Source: a virus
Virus record (IMG/VR): IMGVR_UViG_3300013104_000016
Span: 1 to 40,524 of that record
Direction: 5' to 3' (one strand)
DNA: 40,524 nucleotides
Position numbers and translations under genes: made by a program. The notes under the pieces were generated by a model. That model ran no database searches. It was not told the origin of the DNA and worked only from the letters and a program-made list of their open reading frames with translations. Within the stretch, counting starts at the first letter, position 1. Each line of letters starts with the position of its first letter. Shown here in pieces: positions 37,671-40,524 of the stretch.

Positions 37671-38594
37671 TTAGAGGATGTCGTACACGGCGCCGTGAGC
37701 CTTGGGAGCGCGCATTTCGAGGCAGTACTCAACCACCAGCTCCTTTTGCATCGCGTCACCGGTCGTTGCCAGGTCGATGGTGCTGAAGGGGCGCAGGTAG
37801 GCCACAGCAACCTTGTCGGACTGGAGGATGAACACGTCGCGAGCGCGCTGGAAGCGGTTCGGCACAGCCTTGATCTCGCCGAAATCCGACGCGTACACGT
37901 CGATGCTGGCGTAGAGCTTGGCGTCTTCCGACTTGTCCATCCGCGTTGCGTTGCCGGTGAAGGTCGAGAAGGTTTGCTTGCCGCCCGGGGGAAGCATGAT
38001 CGTGTCCGGCATGCCACCAGCAGTGAACTGCAGTTGCAGAACCGCCTTCAGTTGAGCTTCCGTGAAGGCGCGCTGCGTGCCGTCCGTCTGGGCGGTGTTG
38101 CCGGTGTAACTGGCGAGCGTGGTGCCGGCGCCGATGGACGTGTTGTCCACGATCCAGCCCAGCAGGCCGCGCGACTGGCGGGGCGACGTTGCGGTGACGT
38201 TGTTCTGGGTCAGGCCCAGTTCCATGTCGCGCTTCAGTTCCAGAGCAGCGAGGGCCATCTGGTAGCCCATCTCGTCCTTGCGGCCAGCCGATTGGACGGC
38301 TTGCTGCGTGCCCGAGACGATCACGGTCTTGGTGGAGATCTGCGTGCGGTTCGACAGACGGACGGTGGGCGTCACGGTCTTGGCGCTGGCGTTGTCACCT
38401 TCGGCCTGGGCATTGGACGCAGCCGCTGCGAGGTCTTGGGTCTGCCATTCGTGCAGGGTTGCCGTGGCCTTGGTCTTCGCGGCCATGTTCAGCAGCGGAG
38501 TTTGGGTCGGCGAGATGCGATAGATGGTATCGCTGAGGTCTTCACGGTTGCCGATGGCAGCGGTCGTGAGGAAGGTATTGGTAGGTGCGGTCAT
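37671..38594 (-). CDS. Major capsid protein (307 aa, HK97-fold, DUF5309/SU10-type)
   Basis: Pattern REDLSDTIYRISPTQTPLL...HEWQTQ...YASDFG...FIL typical of this MCP family. Follows the scaffold gene. Confidence 0.85.
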   Translation of the reverse strand: MTAPTNTFLTTAAIGNREDLSDTIYRISPTQTPLLNMAAKTKATATLHEWQTQDLAAAASNAQAEGDNASAKTVTPTVRLSNRTQISTKTVIVSGTQQAVQSAGRKDEMGYQMALAALELKRDMELGLTQNNVTATSPRQSRGLLGWIVDNTSIGAGTTLASYTGNTAQTDGTQRAFTEAQLKAVLQLQFTAGGMPDTIMLPPGGKQTFSTFTGNATRMDKSEDAKLYASIDVYASDFGEIKAVPNRFQRARDVFILQSDKVAVAYLRPFSTIDLATTGDAMQKELVVEYCLEMRAPKAHGAVYDIL

Positions 38595-38600
38595 TTAAGA

Positions 38601-38623
38601 CTCCGGCGTCTCTCGACGTTAGG
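38601..38623 (-). promoter_or_regulatory. GNRA-hairpin/SD element copy 4 (upstream of the major capsid gene)
   Basis: Minus strand CCTAA-CGTC-GAGA-GACG-CCGGAG, then 5 nt, then ATG. The TAA is the scaffold stop. Confidence 0.5.
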
Positions 38624-39596
38624 AAATGAGGGAAGCGAACACTGCGCCAGCGTCTTCAACGCGGCCCGTCTTGCCCAGGCGCTGGAATGCGGCTGTGCGA
38701 CGGTCGATCTGCGTCGATTCACCACCAGCAGGACGAAGCACGCGCTCAGGCGTGTTCTTGATCTGCTTGGCGGCTGCTGTTGCCTTTGCAATCATCTGGT
38801 CGTACTTCATTGCCTTGTACGACTGCGTGATCGCTCGGTGGTCCGTGACGGAAACAATCTCCTGCTCTGACAACCCCTGAGTCTTCAGGTAGTTCATCAG
38901 CTCAGTAGCGCCGGCCTTCCGCTTGGCTTCGTCTTTCCATTCGGGAATGTTGGCGAAAAGCTTTTCTCGCTCACTCTCGACATGGGCTTTCAATGCCTCG
39001 GCTTGCTCGGCTTGGGCAACCTGCTCCAACTGCTGACGCTGCTGGTACATCTGCTGCAACTGGGCTTGTCTCGTTTGTGCGAGGTGCTGTTGCTTCAGGT
39101 ACTCAACCGGGTCTTGGGTGATGAGCGCTTGCCAATCGATCTTCTGCTGGTCTTCCAGCTGACTTTCCAGGACAGCCTGAGCCTTTTGGAGCCCTTGCAT
39201 GTACTGGTTGCGTTCTTCACGCGCTTTCGCAGCCTCGGTTGCAGCGGCTTTCTTTTCCTCTGCGAGTGCCTGCGTCTTCTGCGTGTAGTCCGCCTGCCGC
39301 AGCCCGCTTTTGTGGGCCTCGGCGATCTGCGCTTTCGTCAACTCGACCGGCTTGCCGTCAACAATGACGGTGACAGTCTCATCAGCTACAGCGCCAGGAT
39401 CTGGCTGCGGGTCTTCCGCAACCTTGCGCTTTTCCTCTTCAGCCAACTCGGCTGCGGCTGCTCGTTCAGCATCCGACAGGCCATCGGCCTCGGGGGTAGC
39501 AACTGGCTTTTGCGGGTCCAGCATCGCAGCAAACGCTGTACCGGCCTGGTTGATGTCCAGGCTACCTTCTGCGGTGGGTGTCGAAGACGAGTCCAC
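38619..39596 (-). CDS. Scaffolding protein (325 aa)
   Basis: Acidic, A/E/Q/K-rich and coiled-coil-like. Between the portal-proximal genes and the MCP. GTG start after GGAG. Confidence 0.7.
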   Translation of the reverse strand: MDSSSTPTAEGSLDINQAGTAFAAMLDPQKPVATPEADGLSDAERAAAAELAEEEKRKVAEDPQPDPGAVADETVTVIVDGKPVELTKAQIAEAHKSGLRQADYTQKTQALAEEKKAAATEAAKAREERNQYMQGLQKAQAVLESQLEDQQKIDWQALITQDPVEYLKQQHLAQTRQAQLQQMYQQRQQLEQVAQAEQAEALKAHVESEREKLFANIPEWKDEAKRKAGATELMNYLKTQGLSEQEIVSVTDHRAITQSYKAMKYDQMIAKATAAAKQIKNTPERVLRPAGGESTQIDRRTAAFQRLGKTGRVEDAGAVFASLIS

Positions 39597-39612
39597 TGTT
39601 TCTCCTTTGCCG

Positions 39613-39626
39613 ACGCATCACTGCGC
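39613..39626 (-). promoter_or_regulatory. Partial GNRA hairpin upstream of the scaffold gene
   Basis: Minus strand GCGCA-GTGA-TGCGT, 10 nt before the GGAG of the scaffold RBS. Lacks the CCTAA flank. Confidence 0.35.
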
Positions 39627-39679
39627 TGGGCTGCTCACCTGAAAAACCCGAAGGCCATCCATGCCGGGTGAGCGAACGG

Positions 39680-39844
39680 CTAGATTTCGATGATTTCGCC
39701 AGTCGTCAACTGGTAGGCCGGGGCGCCCTGCTCTGCACGCACACAGCCGAAAAAGGTCTCGAACGGATTGCCGCGCGCATCAGGATGGAACACGGCGACG
39801 ATCTGGTGGCCGCGGCGGTTGCGCTCGTTGACCAGCTTCATCAC
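39680..39844 (-). CDS. Hypothetical small protein (about 54 aa)
   Basis: GTG or ATG start at 39844/39841 overlapping the upstream stop. Track ORF trimmed from 40048. Confidence 0.5.
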   Translation of the reverse strand: MMKLVNERNRRGHQIVAVFHPDARGNPFETFFGCVRAEQGAPAYQLTTGEIIEI

Positions 39845-40155
39845 TGCAGGCCAGCTCCATACGGAACTTTCGATGCTTGCCACTCGCGCTCCTTCTGTTC
39901 TTTCGACTGGTAGTACTGCAGGTCCTGCTTCGCCAGCTTGCCGTCCGTCAGCGCTTCCTGCATGACCGCCTCCACCTTGTTCAGCAGCGACAGCATGAGC
40001 CAGAGCTTTTCGCGGCCTTCCACGTCTCTTGCCGGTGACTTTTTCCATTGCTCAGTGATCTCCGCTTGGATGGTTTCGAACGCGCTGCGGTATGCCTCGT
40101 TTTCGAGCACTTCACGGGCGCGGTCGGCGTTGTAGATGCGCTTTTCGAGGGTCAT
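39841..40155 (-). CDS. Hypothetical head-module protein (104 aa)
   Basis: ATGA overlap with the upstream gene. Helical and charged. Confidence 0.6.
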   Translation of the reverse strand: MTLEKRIYNADRAREVLENEAYRSAFETIQAEITEQWKKSPARDVEGREKLWLMLSLLNKVEAVMQEALTDGKLAKQDLQYYQSKEQKEREWQASKVPYGAGLQ

Positions 40156-40418
40156 TTGATGCCGTTTTCTTTAGCAAAGGCTTGCAGCCGTTCATGCATG
40201 AGCATCCCAATGGCGATGACTGATGCCCACCATGGGCCGCTCTCTTTGCTGGCCTCAAAGTCCCATGGATCAGCGCTCATAGCTTTCGGAGGCACCACGT
40301 GCAAGTACTTCATGTACGCGCCGCGCTTGTTCTTCGCGCCTGCAAGCTCGGCATCCATGCGGTCATTGGCATCCTGCATCACGCGGAAGCTCACTTGGGC
40401 GACTTGTAGGTCAATCAT
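40152..40418 (-). CDS. Hypothetical protein (88 aa) downstream of the portal
   Basis: Its ATG forms an ATGA overlap with the portal stop once the circle is closed (40418 equals position 17). Confidence 0.6.
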   Translation of the reverse strand: MIDLQVAQVSFRVMQDANDRMDAELAGAKNKRGAYMKYLHVVPPKAMSADPWDFEASKESGPWWASVIAIGMLMHERLQAFAKENGIK

Positions 40419-40524
40419 TGCTTCACGTCCGCTGCGATTTCGTTGGTCGATGCTTCCGTGGCCGCGTCATCAAGTTTTGCTTTGCTCATGATGTTCGCGA
40501 CCTTGATCTTGGTGGCCGCCTCAA
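40402..40524. repeat. 123-bp terminal direct repeat (copy 2)
   Basis: Exact identity with 1-123. Confidence 0.95.

Larger units (their letters stand above)
1..40524. mobile_element. Complete temperate phage genome, closed circle (unit 40401 bp), lambdoid regulation with a podovirus-like virion module
   Basis: nt 1-123 are identical to 40402-40524. Integrase, excisionase, CI/Cro, replication, Q, terminase, portal, scaffold, capsid, internal virion proteins, tail fibre and lysis genes are all present. No tape-measure, tube or sheath genes. Confidence 0.9.

Noticed and set aside
39627-39679. Nested hairpins (GCTCACC…GGTGAGC enclosing CCCG…CGGG followed by UUUUU) between the 54-aa gene and the scaffold gene, as an intrinsic terminator.
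   Set aside because: The inner stem is only 4 bp with a 14-nt loop, and the U-run is buried inside the outer stem. That is too weak or ambiguous to call. It may simply be mRNA structure.

Overview
This window is one complete, GC-rich temperate phage genome assembled as a closed circle. Nucleotides 1-123 are identical to 40402-40524, so the unit length is 40401 bp.

The layout is lambdoid, with a podovirus-type virion module: there are no tape-measure, tube or sheath genes.

Minus strand, read from high to low coordinates:
- Cro-like gene, two tiny membrane peptides, a weak terminator, and a CII-like gene.
- Replication block: a DUF1376 O-like protein with internal iterons, and a lambda-P-like protein.
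- nin-like region: NinB, NinG and two HNH-type genes.
- Q-like antiterminator, followed by a ~500 nt untranslated late leader with tandem intrinsic terminators and a tRNA-like 3' fragment.
- TerS, TerL and portal.
- Across the circular junction: scaffold, major capsid, decoration protein, neck/tail proteins, Q/N-rich and transglycosylase internal virion proteins, and tail fibre.
- Lysis cassette: holin, GH19 endolysin, and overlapping Rz/Rz1.

Plus strand:
- CI-like repressor operon, carrying a lipoprotein moron.
- A long early operon (14.6-23.5 kb) with a pentapeptide-repeat protein, YqaJ exonuclease, a Lar-DUF551 fusion, an orphan N6-adenine methyltransferase, an ASCH protein and a PrtN-like excisionase.
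- An AT-rich putative attP, then a tyrosine integrase.

Most genes are chained by 4-nt start/stop overlaps (ATGA or GTGA). That pattern exposed several unlisted mini-ORFs.

Observations worth follow-up:
- A 16-unit, near-perfect pentapeptide-repeat gene at the head of the early operon, a possible DNA-mimic or anti-defence factor.
- A conserved GNRA-hairpin plus Shine-Dalgarno element upstream of four late genes, with stem covariation.
- Repeated hairpin/SD junction cassettes that give consecutive unrelated proteins the same C-terminal tail.
- A DUF1376 replication gene whose conserved N-terminus can only be translated from a CTG inside a CTGA overlap.
- Iterons inside that same gene.
- A tRNA-like fragment in the Q-controlled leader.
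- An antisense mini-ORF encoding a hydrophobic peptide next to the tail fibre gene.
- Duplicated CCGTTA/TACCGG operator clusters flanking the immunity operon, with apparently leaderless cI and cro.

All functional calls rest on motifs recognised by eye and on synteny. No database search was possible.
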